This document shows, piece by piece, positions 9,605 through 19,789 of a DNA stretch of 52,506 nt. The notes under the pieces are model-generated. The model was not told the DNA's origin and ran no database searches. It saw nothing but the letters and a program-made list of their open reading frames with translations. Made by a program: the position numbers and the translations under genes. The stretch is from a virus (lineage: Duplodnaviria > Caudoviricetes), in the IMG/VR virus record IMGVR_UViG_3300048988_000011, positions 1-52,506 of that record. The stretch is one strand, 5' to 3'. The first letter of the stretch is position 1. Every line of letters starts with the position of its first letter.

Positions 9605-11824
9605 CTACCTGCCCGATTCGCTCATAGTCGATCTAGTTCCTTGGTCCTTGAAAACCTGCTGAGGTGGTTGCTGCCCAGAAGAGGGTTGACCAGGACCAGG
9701 ATGCCCATTTGGGTTAATCCCATTTAGCAAAGAGCTAAGAGCATTAAGGGCACCCTCTGGTAGCTGAGGATTAGTATTAGAAGGTACAGCTTCTGCTTGC
9801 TCCTTCTGTAGCATAATCCCCACACGCACCTTTTCGATCTGCTCATTAACAAACTTCTCAAAAACAGTATCACCTTCGATCTTGCCAAGCTTAGGAATAT
9901 CGCAAGCTTCTCCTACCGTTTGAGAGTCTATTGGAAATCCTCCGCGTTGTAATTGCAAGTAAAGCATCTTTCTACTTAAAGAGTTAATCTCATGCAATGA
10001 TCTAGGAGAAACTAAGAATTTGAACTTCTTCATATGCAGAATAGCTTTTTCCGCTCTAGTCTTCCCGGGGAGAGAGTCAGGTACTAATGATAGAGGGTCG
10101 AAGTCAATATCTTCCTTAGATATCCCGTCAGGACCTAGTATTCTAACTCTCTTCTCAAACGTATAGAATTGGAAGAAGTGGGATTTTAACTGCTCTCCTA
10201 TCTCTTTAATTGCTACTTCTATTGCTCGGCTACGATCCTCTACTATAGGTCCCATCATCTCCATCATTTTTTGGAGAGTATCGGCAGCAGGTGTTTGTCT
10301 AGCCATTGCTAATGCTTGAACATCTTCTAGTCCTAGTATCTGCTTAGATTTAGTATAGAGGAAGTCTATGAACTTAGGGATAAAGTCTGGGACGTTGTAG
10401 AACTCAAATGGAAAGGGGAATGATACTCCTGTTCCTAGTAGAGAATTGATTCTCCACTTCTGCCCAGGGATTTTAGGGATAATTTTCTCAGCTAGATTCT
10501 CATCAACCGCATCATCTGACTGCATAGGGGGGTTGAGACGAGCTAGTGATGAGTCTTCTATACAACGGATTAGTCTATTACAGGTCTGCTCAATATCAAT
10601 AGGACCGAGAGTGAGAGGAAAGCCTAAGAAAGTATCAGGCCATTCGTCAAAGCAGATCTTAGCTACCGGAAATCGACCATGCCAGTAAGGGTTAGGTCCG
10701 TCTGAAAGGATTACGGAACGAGTCCAGATTATCAAGCGGCCACGCGGATAGATTCTGCACTCCTCTTTAGTAATAGGCCGATCAGTAATCCATTGCTGGG
10801 TCTTAGGGTCTTGATATGCTCTTTCTAACTGAACTCTATTAATATCTCCTGAAGTAGTAAGATAAGAAGGAACGTAATAAGCCCAAGAATTATTCTGGTA
10901 GAATGGTGCACCACCTCCTATCAGCATAGTAGATCCAGTCTCGTTAATAGCTTGATCCTTAATATAGGAGTGAAAGATGTCAACGCAAGGAGCAGATGTA
11001 GCACCATCATCTATGATCTTACCAGATGGCCCGAACATACCTAATGCTACTGACCCTATCCTACCTAACCGCTTAGCTACCTTTTTAACTGCTTGTGGGA
11101 CTGCACGGTCGGGAGAAAGTTTATCCTGATAATCAGGAAACATAGCATGAGCACGAGCTATTGGAGTATCTGTGTTGACTATGTGGATACCGTAAGCATT
11201 CTGGATATCTCTATCTTTTCCTAATTGGATTGGCACTACTTCTTTATGATCGTAATTATCAATAACGATTCTGCCTTCTCCAGAAACGCCAAGATTAGTC
11301 TTAGTCCATCTAGGAGAAAGCCATCCTGTTCCTTTAACAGCACCATTCTGCATTCCAGTACGATACCAGCGATCAGCATCATTAGTGATATGCCAGTCTA
11401 TATAGAGATCGTTGAGGATGCGCTGTTGGGATTCTAGATCAGCACCAGAAGGGCATTGGAAATCAGGAATGGGTCGAACATTAGCATAGGTTGCTACTAT
11501 CTCAGTAATGTCATGCTTAACTTGGGGGATTGATAGGGAAGAGGTAAGAGATGAGACTTCTTCTTGCTTTTGTCGGTAGATATAGTCGATGGAGCGTTGG
11601 ATGTGCTTCCAAGCTGGCTCTGATGTTAGAGTGGTTAAGCCCTCTCGGTAGGTACGTTGGAGCCAGTTTAATAGATCGCGTTCACGTTGTTCTGGATCTT
11701 GTCCCTTTATTATAGAGAGAGGGGAGCGATAACCACCTGCTGATTGAGTGGTTAAGATGTTCTGAGTATCATAACCATAGATCGGTGGAGGTACTTTATA
11801 AGAGAAGTAAGAGGGATGGGACAT
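9605..11824 (-). CDS. Portal protein (P22-like)
   Basis: 739 aa; 'KGTGW', 'YPRGRLIIW..SVILSDGPNPYWHGRFP' motifs and Gln/Pro-rich tail; lies between terminase and scaffold. Confidence 0.85.
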   Translation of the reverse strand: MSHPSYFSYKVPPPIYGYDTQNILTTQSAGGYRSPLSIIKGQDPEQRERDLLNWLQRTYREGLTTLTSEPAWKHIQRSIDYIYRQKQEEVSSLTSSLSIPQVKHDITEIVATYANVRPIPDFQCPSGADLESQQRILNDLYIDWHITNDADRWYRTGMQNGAVKGTGWLSPRWTKTNLGVSGEGRIVIDNYDHKEVVPIQLGKDRDIQNAYGIHIVNTDTPIARAHAMFPDYQDKLSPDRAVPQAVKKVAKRLGRIGSVALGMFGPSGKIIDDGATSAPCVDIFHSYIKDQAINETGSTMLIGGGAPFYQNNSWAYYVPSYLTTSGDINRVQLERAYQDPKTQQWITDRPITKEECRIYPRGRLIIWTRSVILSDGPNPYWHGRFPVAKICFDEWPDTFLGFPLTLGPIDIEQTCNRLIRCIEDSSLARLNPPMQSDDAVDENLAEKIIPKIPGQKWRINSLLGTGVSFPFPFEFYNVPDFIPKFIDFLYTKSKQILGLEDVQALAMARQTPAADTLQKMMEMMGPIVEDRSRAIEVAIKEIGEQLKSHFFQFYTFEKRVRILGPDGISKEDIDFDPLSLVPDSLPGKTRAEKAILHMKKFKFLVSPRSLHEINSLSRKMLYLQLQRGGFPIDSQTVGEACDIPKLGKIEGDTVFEKFVNEQIEKVRVGIMLQKEQAEAVPSNTNPQLPEGALNALSSLLNGINPNGHPGPGQPSSGQQPPQQVFKDQGTRSTMSESGR

Positions 11825-11829
11825 TTATA

Positions 11830-12792
11830 TTAAGCTACCTTTTTCCTACCAACACCTTTACCAACTAACTTCTTATGTCGTTCTTGCAGAATGGGCTGAA
11901 CTATATCTTGACGAACGTTAACATCAAAAGTAGGATCAGGTCCATCTTTTCTATTACCTTCGTTCATCTCCCAACTGTCTAATGCTGTATTAGGCTCATA
12001 CTTTAATTTAGCATGAGCAGCATCCTCTGTCCTTTGCATAGACCTAGCAAGCATCTCTCTTCCGTAGCTGGCCTCAGGTGACTTAGCCTCTGTAGCCATT
12101 ATATCATGGCGAGCTTGCTTTCTATTCTCAGCAAGAAGGGGGTCAAACATCTTTTGTTCTCTTTCTAGTCTCCCATAATATTCCTTCTTAGCCATTCCAT
12201 CCATTAGCTTATAGAATTTATCTCTATCAGAGAAGGTACGAACCTCATACTTAACATATCCCTTAATAGGCCTACCGAACTTATCCCTAGGATCATGCTT
12301 ATTATTACCAGGAATCCATACTTTCCCTGTATGCTGGTTAATAAAGTAAGTCGTACAGGTATCGGACTTAGCATTACGCTTAATAACATGACCATGCCGA
12401 TCATTAGCCTTAGAGGTGCCGCAGAGAGGCCACTCTCCTATACGGTAGATATCTCCACAAGTAGGGCAAGCTACTACGTCTCCACTCTCTATTAGTTTAC
12501 CGAGGAGGGCAGCTTCTCTGATACGGTCCCTAATGCCAAGATAGTAAGGGTGGTACTTGTAAAGAGATTGGAGCTTTCGTTCATGCTCAGACTGTTGATC
12601 ATAGGGTTTATCTAGAACTTCCTCTAAGAGATCTTCTATTGATACTTCTAGGCCTTCTGCTGCTTCTACCGTAGCTGCTTGTTCCTCTATGTCATCTTCA
12701 TCTTCATCCCCAATACCAATAAGCTCTACACCTTCTACATTAGTAGAAGGTAGAGATAATTCTAGGAGTTGTTCTGGAGTAAGTAAACTCAT
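11830..12792 (-). CDS. Hypothetical protein with CxxC motif
   Basis: 320 aa; acidic N-terminus, 'CPTCG...GEWPLC'. Confidence 0.65.
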   Translation of the reverse strand: MSLLTPEQLLELSLPSTNVEGVELIGIGDEDEDDIEEQAATVEAAEGLEVSIEDLLEEVLDKPYDQQSEHERKLQSLYKYHPYYLGIRDRIREAALLGKLIESGDVVACPTCGDIYRIGEWPLCGTSKANDRHGHVIKRNAKSDTCTTYFINQHTGKVWIPGNNKHDPRDKFGRPIKGYVKYEVRTFSDRDKFYKLMDGMAKKEYYGRLEREQKMFDPLLAENRKQARHDIMATEAKSPEASYGREMLARSMQRTEDAAHAKLKYEPNTALDSWEMNEGNRKDGPDPTFDVNVRQDIVQPILQERHKKLVGKGVGRKKVA

Positions 12793-12833
12793 ACATTAAA
12801 CCTCTTATAGTAATGAGAAGGGAAAGTCAAGGA

Positions 12834-13298
12834 TTATTTTTTCATGCTCTTTTTCGTAGCTAATCTAGACTTCTTCCTTCTAGCTCCTAATACTCCTTCT
12901 CCAGCCTCTCTCGTCCAGATAAATGCCTTAGCTAGCATAGTAACAACTCTCTCTTCATGGTTAAGATAATCTCTTTGCTGTTCAGGAGTTAGATCTCGAC
13001 TCTCCCAATTCCTCATCTCATTCACTAATATATGACAACATTCATGCACGAATACCATCTCTAGCTCATCATCTGTTTGATTAGCTACTGCTGATAATGA
13101 GAAGGTTATCTTTCCATCTAGATACTCCCATGCTGTAGAGGTGAAGGCAAGGCAGTTAAAGTTAGCACGATGGGAGGCTAATTCTCCTCGCTCGTATGCT
13201 ACTGTGAATGCCCACCAGCGTAGTCCTAGACAGGGAACCCATTTATCTATTAGATGCTTAATACGTTTCTTTTGGGTGTTATATTCTTTATCGTTCAT
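12834..13298 (-). CDS. Putative zinc metallopeptidase-like protein
   Basis: HExxH motif (VHECCHI) and downstream 'EERVV'. Confidence 0.55.
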   Translation of the reverse strand: MNDKEYNTQKKRIKHLIDKWVPCLGLRWWAFTVAYERGELASHRANFNCLAFTSTAWEYLDGKITFSLSAVANQTDDELEMVFVHECCHILVNEMRNWESRDLTPEQQRDYLNHEERVVTMLAKAFIWTREAGEGVLGARRKKSRLATKKSMKK

Positions 13299-13304
13299 TA
13301 TTCA

Positions 13305-16300
13305 TTATTCCTTAGTATTCCAATAAGAATAAGATTTAGAAGCAGCAACCGGACGCGCACGATCACCAGCTGTGTAGATATACTGCTGCTGTTGAGTAAT
13401 AGCTGCTAATCTTTTCTGCTCTCTTCTTCTTTCTGCACTATCACCTTTACCTTTAAGATTAAAGGAGTTGATAGAGAACCAAGCCATTCCTGGAGCAAAG
13501 ATTGCATCATCGTGATGCCCCGCTAATGCTTCAATCTTTCTACGAGTTATATTATAACCGAAAGTAGCAAGCTGGTTAATAACGAACTGACAGGGGATCT
13601 CTACTTCAAAATCTCTAATAGCTCTAAGCCATTCAGATAGTAAAGCATCTCGTTGCTGCTGATTAGGCTCCCATCCTAATTGCTCAGAAGGATCTTTATA
13701 TTGCCGGATAGCAAGATTACGATTAGTGAAGAAATTCTTCCAGCCGGCTTTGATCATCTCTTGGATGAGTGCTGCACCTCCCTTAGGCCGTTCTATTACT
13801 AGTTTAGGCTGTTGGTATTGATTGTTGCGCACAGTAACATAAAGTTGAGAGATAGCTTGTAAGAAGGGGAGGGATTCAGCAGCAGATATTTCATTAGAGT
13901 AGAATGCCGCAACGATCTTATCAAGCGTCCCAGCCATGTAGTCTCCTTTGCGCATGACATAGATGCAGGTAAAGTCTTGCTGAACACCATCTCCGCAATC
14001 TTCTCCTATTTCATATTCTTCATTCTCATCTGGTAGTTCCCATACTAGCAATCTGCCAGCTAAACTCATTGGGGAATAGTCTCTTAGCTTTAAAGGATAG
14101 AGAGTATATTGGTTATGATAGAGATTATTATTAGACCATTTAAATGTCAAGGGGATAGTTGAGAGAGAAGAGTCTACTTCTGATGTTAGGAATTGATTAC
14201 GGAATGGGATTAATGACTTAGCGTCTGCTACACCAAAGATATAATCAGGGATACTGCTTCTCTCTCGCAGTTGTTCGATAAACTCAGCATCAAACATTCC
14301 GCTTCCTCTAATGGCAAATGCTTCTACTGATGAAGAGGGCATTTCGCACAACCAAGTTGCTAGTCTCTTTTCTCTACGCGCTTGGTTCTTATCCCATTCA
14401 TAAAACCATTTCTGTTCTAATGACATCTTCCAATCTGCACCAAGATATTTACGAAGTAGATCATTATGATACTTAACATCATTCTGGCACTTAATGGCAA
14501 CTTTCTCAGTCTCTTCTGATGGCTTGAAATCAGAAGGCATATAAGCACGAACATCAGCCCTAGTAGGATAGATATCAGAGGCTGCATACCATGCTAAGAA
14601 GATAGGATAGAAGCGAGACTCACCTCTAAAGTAATATTGGATAGAATCCTGCCAAAGTTGATGCCAGTAATCATCTACATATTTACCTGTTGATTCTAGA
14701 ACGAAGAAGAGTCTAGGATCATTATGAATTGACTTCATCAATGAATTCTGAATATCCTCCTTAGGATCAGTCCAGTCTGGAATTTCAGTACCGTGGAACG
14801 TATCAGGAGTCTCACCTCTACCAATACCTCCTGTTTGAGTTCCAAATTGAAGACGAACACGAGAGTTCATTAATGGAGCTTCATAGTAAACTTCACCTGA
14901 ATCATAAATCTTATAAGCTTTTTCTTCTAGTAATTGTCCCTTATCATTATGTTTTTGAATAGTAGGAAGAAGATACCAAGGGAGATTATCTATTACTGTA
15001 CCCATCTTAGAAGCTAATTCACGAGTCTTATCCTCTTTGGATGAAACAGTCATGCCACGAGTGCCTTCATAGAAGAGGGCACGATGAGACATACATACTT
15101 GATCGTCTGTTGAGTTATGAGAAACGAAGCCGTTAGCTATATAAGTTCCAGTAGTGGTTTGAAGATCAACCATTCGTTGATGGACTTCTAATTTCTCTAT
15201 ATTAATTATCTTAGTCCAAGCATCTTTAGCTCCATGACCTTTTCCTGGAAGTCCTTTTCCTTCCCACCAACGAGCATCAATAAAGCGAGAGGGTCTGGTT
15301 TGTCCCATTAATCGGAATAACTCATTTATCCTTTGGAGATGAACCTTGGCAACAGGTTTACTACCAAGTTTACTATTAACTCCAGCCTCTCTATTATCAA
15401 TAGTTACTCGATAATTATAATTTCTATCAGCAAAATATTTAATAATCCTATCAAGTACTAATCCGGGAGTTTGTGTAACAGTAACTTCCACCCCTTTCCT
15501 ATATTCACCATTACTTGTTGACCATCTATAGCTTCCTTCTCCATCTAGTATTCCACTCATCCAACCATCTTCAAATGTTGATTCTTCCCAAGGATCTGAT
15601 ACATGCCTAATAGCATCACCAAGCTGAAAGTTATTAACCTTTCTCCATTCTGTTCCCGGAGCAATTCTATTGCCTTTTGTTCTCATCTTACATAAAAATC
15701 TATGGTCAGCAGTAGCAATAAGTGTTGCTCCATTCTCCATAGTAATTTTATATGTTGGTTCAGTTACATCAAACTTAGCCAAGACTGTAGCAGTTCTTAA
15801 CTTTCTACCAGCTACCTTACCTATTGAGCCTTCATCAGCTGCTATTATTTCTTCTCCTACTATTAAATCATCTATTCTTTTCCATTCCAATTTAGCTGTT
15901 AGTACTAATGTATCAGGAGAAAGGCAGGCACCCACCTGTCGCGTTTTCAACTCTTGGATGAAGATACCTATTCCCTTTAGCTCCATCTCAGCACGAACAT
16001 CGTTGATGATGAGTTGAGCTATGTTAGGTTGGTAATAATCTAATCCTTTTGAATTCCAATGTAAGATCTTGCAGTAGTTGCGAGCATAGTGAAGGTAATC
16101 AAACGTGCAGAGAAGCCTCTCATTCTGGATGAATTGGAGTTCGTCCTTTTGAAGAGGGCGAGATAGTTCTAGTTTGCCTCGATCCCTCCAGAGATCTTTA
16201 TTAATTAGATCTGTTAGTAAAGAGGAGCAGGTACGGATGTAATCGAAAGGGTAACGCTGTAACTCAAATTGGATTGAGGACTGCGCTATTTCGAGATTTC

Positions 16301-16325
16301 GTTGGATGATTTGGGGGTGGTACAT
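13305..16325 (-). CDS. terL: Terminase large subunit (intein-containing)
   Basis: 'PNIAQ' adenine-binding motif, Walker A 'LKTRQVGA|ST' split by intein, Walker B 'FHGTE', coupling motif 'EST', nuclease 'IGEDCGDG' and 'HDDAI'. Confidence 0.9.
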   Translation of the reverse strand: MYHPQIIQRNLEIAQSSIQFELQRYPFDYIRTCSSLLTDLINKDLWRDRGKLELSRPLQKDELQFIQNERLLCTFDYLHYARNYCKILHWNSKGLDYYQPNIAQLIINDVRAEMELKGIGIFIQELKTRQVGACLSPDTLVLTAKLEWKRIDDLIVGEEIIAADEGSIGKVAGRKLRTATVLAKFDVTEPTYKITMENGATLIATADHRFLCKMRTKGNRIAPGTEWRKVNNFQLGDAIRHVSDPWEESTFEDGWMSGILDGEGSYRWSTSNGEYRKGVEVTVTQTPGLVLDRIIKYFADRNYNYRVTIDNREAGVNSKLGSKPVAKVHLQRINELFRLMGQTRPSRFIDARWWEGKGLPGKGHGAKDAWTKIINIEKLEVHQRMVDLQTTTGTYIANGFVSHNSTDDQVCMSHRALFYEGTRGMTVSSKEDKTRELASKMGTVIDNLPWYLLPTIQKHNDKGQLLEEKAYKIYDSGEVYYEAPLMNSRVRLQFGTQTGGIGRGETPDTFHGTEIPDWTDPKEDIQNSLMKSIHNDPRLFFVLESTGKYVDDYWHQLWQDSIQYYFRGESRFYPIFLAWYAASDIYPTRADVRAYMPSDFKPSEETEKVAIKCQNDVKYHNDLLRKYLGADWKMSLEQKWFYEWDKNQARREKRLATWLCEMPSSSVEAFAIRGSGMFDAEFIEQLRERSSIPDYIFGVADAKSLIPFRNQFLTSEVDSSLSTIPLTFKWSNNNLYHNQYTLYPLKLRDYSPMSLAGRLLVWELPDENEEYEIGEDCGDGVQQDFTCIYVMRKGDYMAGTLDKIVAAFYSNEISAAESLPFLQAISQLYVTVRNNQYQQPKLVIERPKGGAALIQEMIKAGWKNFFTNRNLAIRQYKDPSEQLGWEPNQQQRDALLSEWLRAIRDFEVEIPCQFVINQLATFGYNITRRKIEALAGHHDDAIFAPGMAWFSINSFNLKGKGDSAERRREQKRLAAITQQQQYIYTAGDRARPVAASKSYSYWNTKE
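15114..15926 (-). mobile_element. Intein (271 aa) with one LAGLIDADG-like motif, inserted in TerL Walker A
   Basis: Starts CLSPDTLV, block B 'ATADHRF', 'WMSGILDGEGS', ends 'YIANGFVSHN' followed by Ser. Confidence 0.92.
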
Positions 16326-16567
16326 TAGCTAGCTAATGATAACCTAGTAGTAATCTCTGTTCTAGCCATAAATCTAACCTCACATCCAAATATACATCTA
16401 CCTTTATGACTTCTATTCAGTACACATTTATGAGCAGTCTTATGTGAGTCGATTGTATAACGATTACCACAGCCATGATTACATTGTGGACGTTGAATAA
16501 CATCTACAATAATTCTTCGCACAGGACTAGCTTTAAGCAATCGCTTTCTTACTATACTTCTAGTCAT
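16325..16567 (-). CDS. Hypothetical basic Cys/His protein
   Basis: 80 aa ORF coupled to terL start. Confidence 0.5.
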   Translation of the reverse strand: MTRSIVRKRLLKASPVRRIIVDVIQRPQCNHGCGNRYTIDSHKTAHKCVLNRSHKGRCIFGCEVRFMARTEITTRLSLAS

Positions 16568-16569
16568 AT

Positions 16570-17175
16570 TTAATAGCCTAATTCTTTAGGAAAGAGATAT
16601 CTAGCTGAACCATCTGTTAGAGATCTAGCTATCTTCTGTTGTACTGAGACTTCAGTTTCTATTAGAAAAGATCTACGATCATATTTTTCTCTGGTAGTAT
16701 ATTTGAAGAATCCCGTAACAGGATTATAGAAGTGATCAATCTCCATTATTAGAATATCATAAGCCTTCTGCTTCTCGAACTCTTTAATAGAGTCAAGAGT
16801 CTCATGAGAGATGAAGACCTGATGAGGTTGAACAGCAATGTTGAAATGATCTCCTGAATGGTATTGACCACTATACCCAGGGATAGATGAGAAGATCCTA
16901 ACCATCTTATCATCATATCCTCCTTCTCTGGTATGAGATGGCTTGTAAGCTAACCATTGACCGACTAGTCTATTACTATCGTAGTTAGGCTTCCATCCAG
17001 TCCAGAAGTAAAGGAAGTCTCTATACCTTTCTGCTGTTACACCATAAAGCGGTTGAGGCTTAATAGCTAGCTCTTTAACGTTATTAGCAGAAGCTTGGAC
17101 CTTCATAAGAGATCCTAAAGTAGCTCCGATTGATCCAGCACCAATTAGCTTAAGTAGTTTCCTTCGATTAATCAT
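16570..17175 (-). CDS. Twin-arginine-signal protein with segments resembling the major capsid protein
   Basis: N-terminus MINRRKLLKLIGAGSIGATLG..VQA; 'WTGWKPNYDSNRLVGQWLA' vs MCP 'FTGFKPGVANTIVSGQVLA'. Confidence 0.65.
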   Translation of the reverse strand: MINRRKLLKLIGAGSIGATLGSLMKVQASANNVKELAIKPQPLYGVTAERYRDFLYFWTGWKPNYDSNRLVGQWLAYKPSHTREGGYDDKMVRIFSSIPGYSGQYHSGDHFNIAVQPHQVFISHETLDSIKEFEKQKAYDILIMEIDHFYNPVTGFFKYTTREKYDRRSFLIETEVSVQQKIARSLTDGSARYLFPKELGY

Positions 17176-17645
17176 AATGATCTCCTTCTACTAGCTAAGT
17201 GTAGAAGCTTAGCCTTCTCTTTACTAATCGCTGAGGCATCTTTAACATAATTAGCATCAAGAGACACTTGAATCCAGTAAGCATCCCCGTTGATAGCATA
17301 ATCATTTAGGAAGATACCTGCAATCATAGAAGGGTGGAATGGATTAGGTATTTTAGGGGTAGCTATAAAGTTAGCCTTATCCTTCCAGAAGACAGGACTA
17401 TCCTTAGCTATTCTATATTTCCTGTAAGGTTTCTCTATCTTTACTAGCTGATAACGAACGGGGAATCGCTCTATTGTATTCTCAGGATAGTCTATAACAG
17501 AGCCATAAATATTATCTGTCACATTGGGTAAGATAATTTTCTTAGGTTCTCCTTTATGAGGAGTAAGGGCAACTGATGGCAGTGCAGCTGCAATACCAGC
17601 AATACCAAGAAGTCTAAGTATCTCTCTTCTGTTCAGCTTCAACAT
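17172..17645 (-). CDS. Twin-arginine-signal paralog of the capsid decoration protein
   Basis: Start at 17645 (AAGGAG SD): MLKLNRREILRLLGIAGIAAALP; shares WKDKANFI with 6214..6819. Confidence 0.7.
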   Translation of the reverse strand: MLKLNRREILRLLGIAGIAAALPSVALTPHKGEPKKIILPNVTDNIYGSVIDYPENTIERFPVRYQLVKIEKPYRKYRIAKDSPVFWKDKANFIATPKIPNPFHPSMIAGIFLNDYAINGDAYWIQVSLDANYVKDASAISKEKAKLLHLASRRRSL

Positions 17646-18402
17646 ACTCAATCTCTCCTTTATCATTAACAATCTCTTCTGCAGTTATAAACTCCGTCTT
17701 CCCATTTCCATCTTCCAGCATCAACGCTTGTGCCTCTCTAACCTGCTTAACAGGATTCTTTAAAGTCTCCTCTAATGGAGGCAATCCAAATACTATCTGC
17801 TTAGAAGAGTGATCATTATTCTGTTGGTTAAACTGTATATTCACCCCATTCCCATTACTTTGTCTGCCAGTTAATCCCGCTACTTCTGTGTAAAGCTTAG
17901 TATGCTCTATATTCTCTTCTCGCTTAGCATGAACAGCTAATCTCTCCATGATCTGATTCTCATGCTTTGCTAAGGTCATAAAGCTCATTGATCTAGCCAT
18001 TTTAAACGCAGCTGCTGCTAGTTTACCATAGAGTTTATCAACTGGGATCTTATGCTTCTTGCAGAGTTTATCCCAGATGTTGATGCTGAACTTATCTTCT
18101 GTTGTTTGTAGATCGTAATCAGCTATTAGGGAAACTACTCTAGGATCTTCATCTTGAATGTGGAGAAGGAATGCATAAACAGTAGCATGATCCATTGATT
18201 GCTGGGCGAAGGCGTATGCGAGAGTGCCTGGAGTGTTCTCGTTTATTTTGGAGATAGCTCGATTGGGGAAGGAGGCTTCTCTTAGCTTTTTGCGATTGTT
18301 ACTGTTACCATTACTAATACTAGCAGTAGGCACAGTAATAGAGGGATTAATAGGAATAACATTGCTGTTATTATTACTGTTGTTAGTAGTATCTTCGCTC
18401 AT
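17614..18402 (-). CDS. Putative terminase small subunit
   Basis: 262 aa helical protein upstream of terL with TerS-like C-terminal 'GNGVNIQFNQQNN' strand; positional inference. Confidence 0.4.
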   Translation of the reverse strand: MSEDTTNNSNNNSNVIPINPSITVPTASISNGNSNNRKKLREASFPNRAISKINENTPGTLAYAFAQQSMDHATVYAFLLHIQDEDPRVVSLIADYDLQTTEDKFSINIWDKLCKKHKIPVDKLYGKLAAAAFKMARSMSFMTLAKHENQIMERLAVHAKREENIEHTKLYTEVAGLTGRQSNGNGVNIQFNQQNNDHSSKQIVFGLPPLEETLKNPVKQVREAQALMLEDGNGKTEFITAEEIVNDKGEIEYVEAEQKRDT

Positions 18403-18416
18403 GGCTCATAACTATA

Positions 18417-18623
18417 TTAAGTAGAAGGATGCAATCTTAGAACCATATCTGTAGATAGTTTGCTCTCATCATAACTAAGAGTAAACTCCTTATCACAGGC
18501 ACAGCAGATAATACTAAGTAGTAGAAACCTTATAATCCCTATAATAGTCCCTTTAACTTCCTTAGCTGAATGTGGTCCTAGGTTGTGGCATCTAGGGCAT
18601 TCTATTGATAGACTGCTAATCAT
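18417..18623 (-). CDS. Small zinc-ribbon protein
   Basis: CPRC...CCAC. Confidence 0.5.
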   Translation of the reverse strand: MISSLSIECPRCHNLGPHSAKEVKGTIIGIIRFLLLSIICCACDKEFTLSYDESKLSTDMVLRLHPST

Positions 18624-18891
18624 CTTCTTCTGTTAGCTCCTCTGTCTCTGCTTGCTTCCTCCTAGCTCGTTGCTCATCTATAAAAGCCTCCTTATCCCCA
18701 TAGATTTTAAAAGTATCCACAGAAGATGGAGGCTTTAAAGTATTACTCTGAAAACCTGGAGTTGTCAAGGGGGATGGCAATAATGCTTCTAGAGAATCAG
18801 CGACCCGCTCGGTGGCAGAGACTTGACGCTCTAATAATTTGAGAAGGCGATCCTCTTCAAATCTCTTCAATACTTGATCTACTAGGGACAT
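18616..18891 (-). CDS. Hypothetical protein
   Basis: Probable start MSLVDQVLKRF after GAGG SD; ORF track extends to 18951. Confidence 0.5.
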   Translation of the reverse strand: MSLVDQVLKRFEEDRLLKLLERQVSATERVADSLEALLPSPLTTPGFQSNTLKPPSSVDTFKIYGDKEAFIDEQRARRKQAETEELTEEDD

Positions 18892-19186
18892 AAGCTTGTT
18901 TAACCTCTTTCTCATCAACGGGAAGATTAGGATAAAGCCGATTAAATGCAAATGTTAAATCTTCCCTACTCATAATCTTCATCCCCATCAACGGCCTAAC
19001 CCTCCCTAGCACAAGCTGAATGAACTGTCCTTCTTCATCAGAAGAAGTAAAGCCTACTAAATTAGATGAGCGTAGATGAATCCATAGCTGCGTGAATGGA
19101 TCTAATGGGACATAGATTACTCGCGTTTGTGGCATATCTCTGAAGAGAGATGCTAGGAATTGGAGGTTCAGAATTAGCTCAGGCAT
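18857..19186 (-). CDS. Hypothetical protein
   Basis: 109 aa, AAGGAG SD. Confidence 0.55.
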   Translation of the reverse strand: MPELILNLQFLASLFRDMPQTRVIYVPLDPFTQLWIHLRSSNLVGFTSSDEEGQFIQLVLGRVRPLMGMKIMSREDLTFAFNRLYPNLPVDEKEVKQAYVPSRSSIEEI

Positions 19187-19189
19187 CTT

Positions 19190-19789
19190 CTATTTCTCCT
19201 TACTATTAGCAGCAGTAGTAGCAGCAGGAACAGTAAGAATAGTATTCTCCGCTAACGGAGCATCCCCTGTGTCAGATTTAGGGATATCAGACAGAATCCT
19301 AGCTACCTCTGCTCTCGCTTTACTATCATCCTGCATAGTAGCAAGATTAGGCATAACAGGTTGTCCTGCTAGAAAATCTACTCCTGCTCCGCAACGTGCA
19401 TTAAGATCGCGTCTGCCTGCTGATTCTGCTATTAATGGTTGAGAAGGTTGAGATACTATACCTTGCTTAACAACAGCAGGAGGGGTTGAGCCAGATTGAA
19501 GGCCTATTTCGAGAGAAGAGGCTTGCATATCTGATTCTTGGCCTGCTTGGATTAATGCTGCTTCTTCTTGACCTTCTGCGATGATCTTAATAGCGGTCTG
19601 CCCCTGATACTCAAATGGGACGGAGTAGAAGGTTGCAGCCCAATTTACCTTAAAATTAGCATTAGGATATGCCAAAGAAGCTCTGAAGAATTGCTTTAAA
19701 TCCTCTCTAATAGCAGAGATGACTTGCTCGATAAGCTCATTACCTGATGGTGGGAGGGGGAGCACTACTCTTCTAGATGCTGTAGACAT
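19190..19789 (-). CDS. Hypothetical protein
   Basis: 199 aa, coupled to neighbours. Confidence 0.65.
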   Translation of the reverse strand: MSTASRRVVLPLPPSGNELIEQVISAIREDLKQFFRASLAYPNANFKVNWAATFYSVPFEYQGQTAIKIIAEGQEEAALIQAGQESDMQASSLEIGLQSGSTPPAVVKQGIVSQPSQPLIAESAGRRDLNARCGAGVDFLAGQPVMPNLATMQDDSKARAEVARILSDIPKSDTGDAPLAENTILTVPAATTAANSKEK

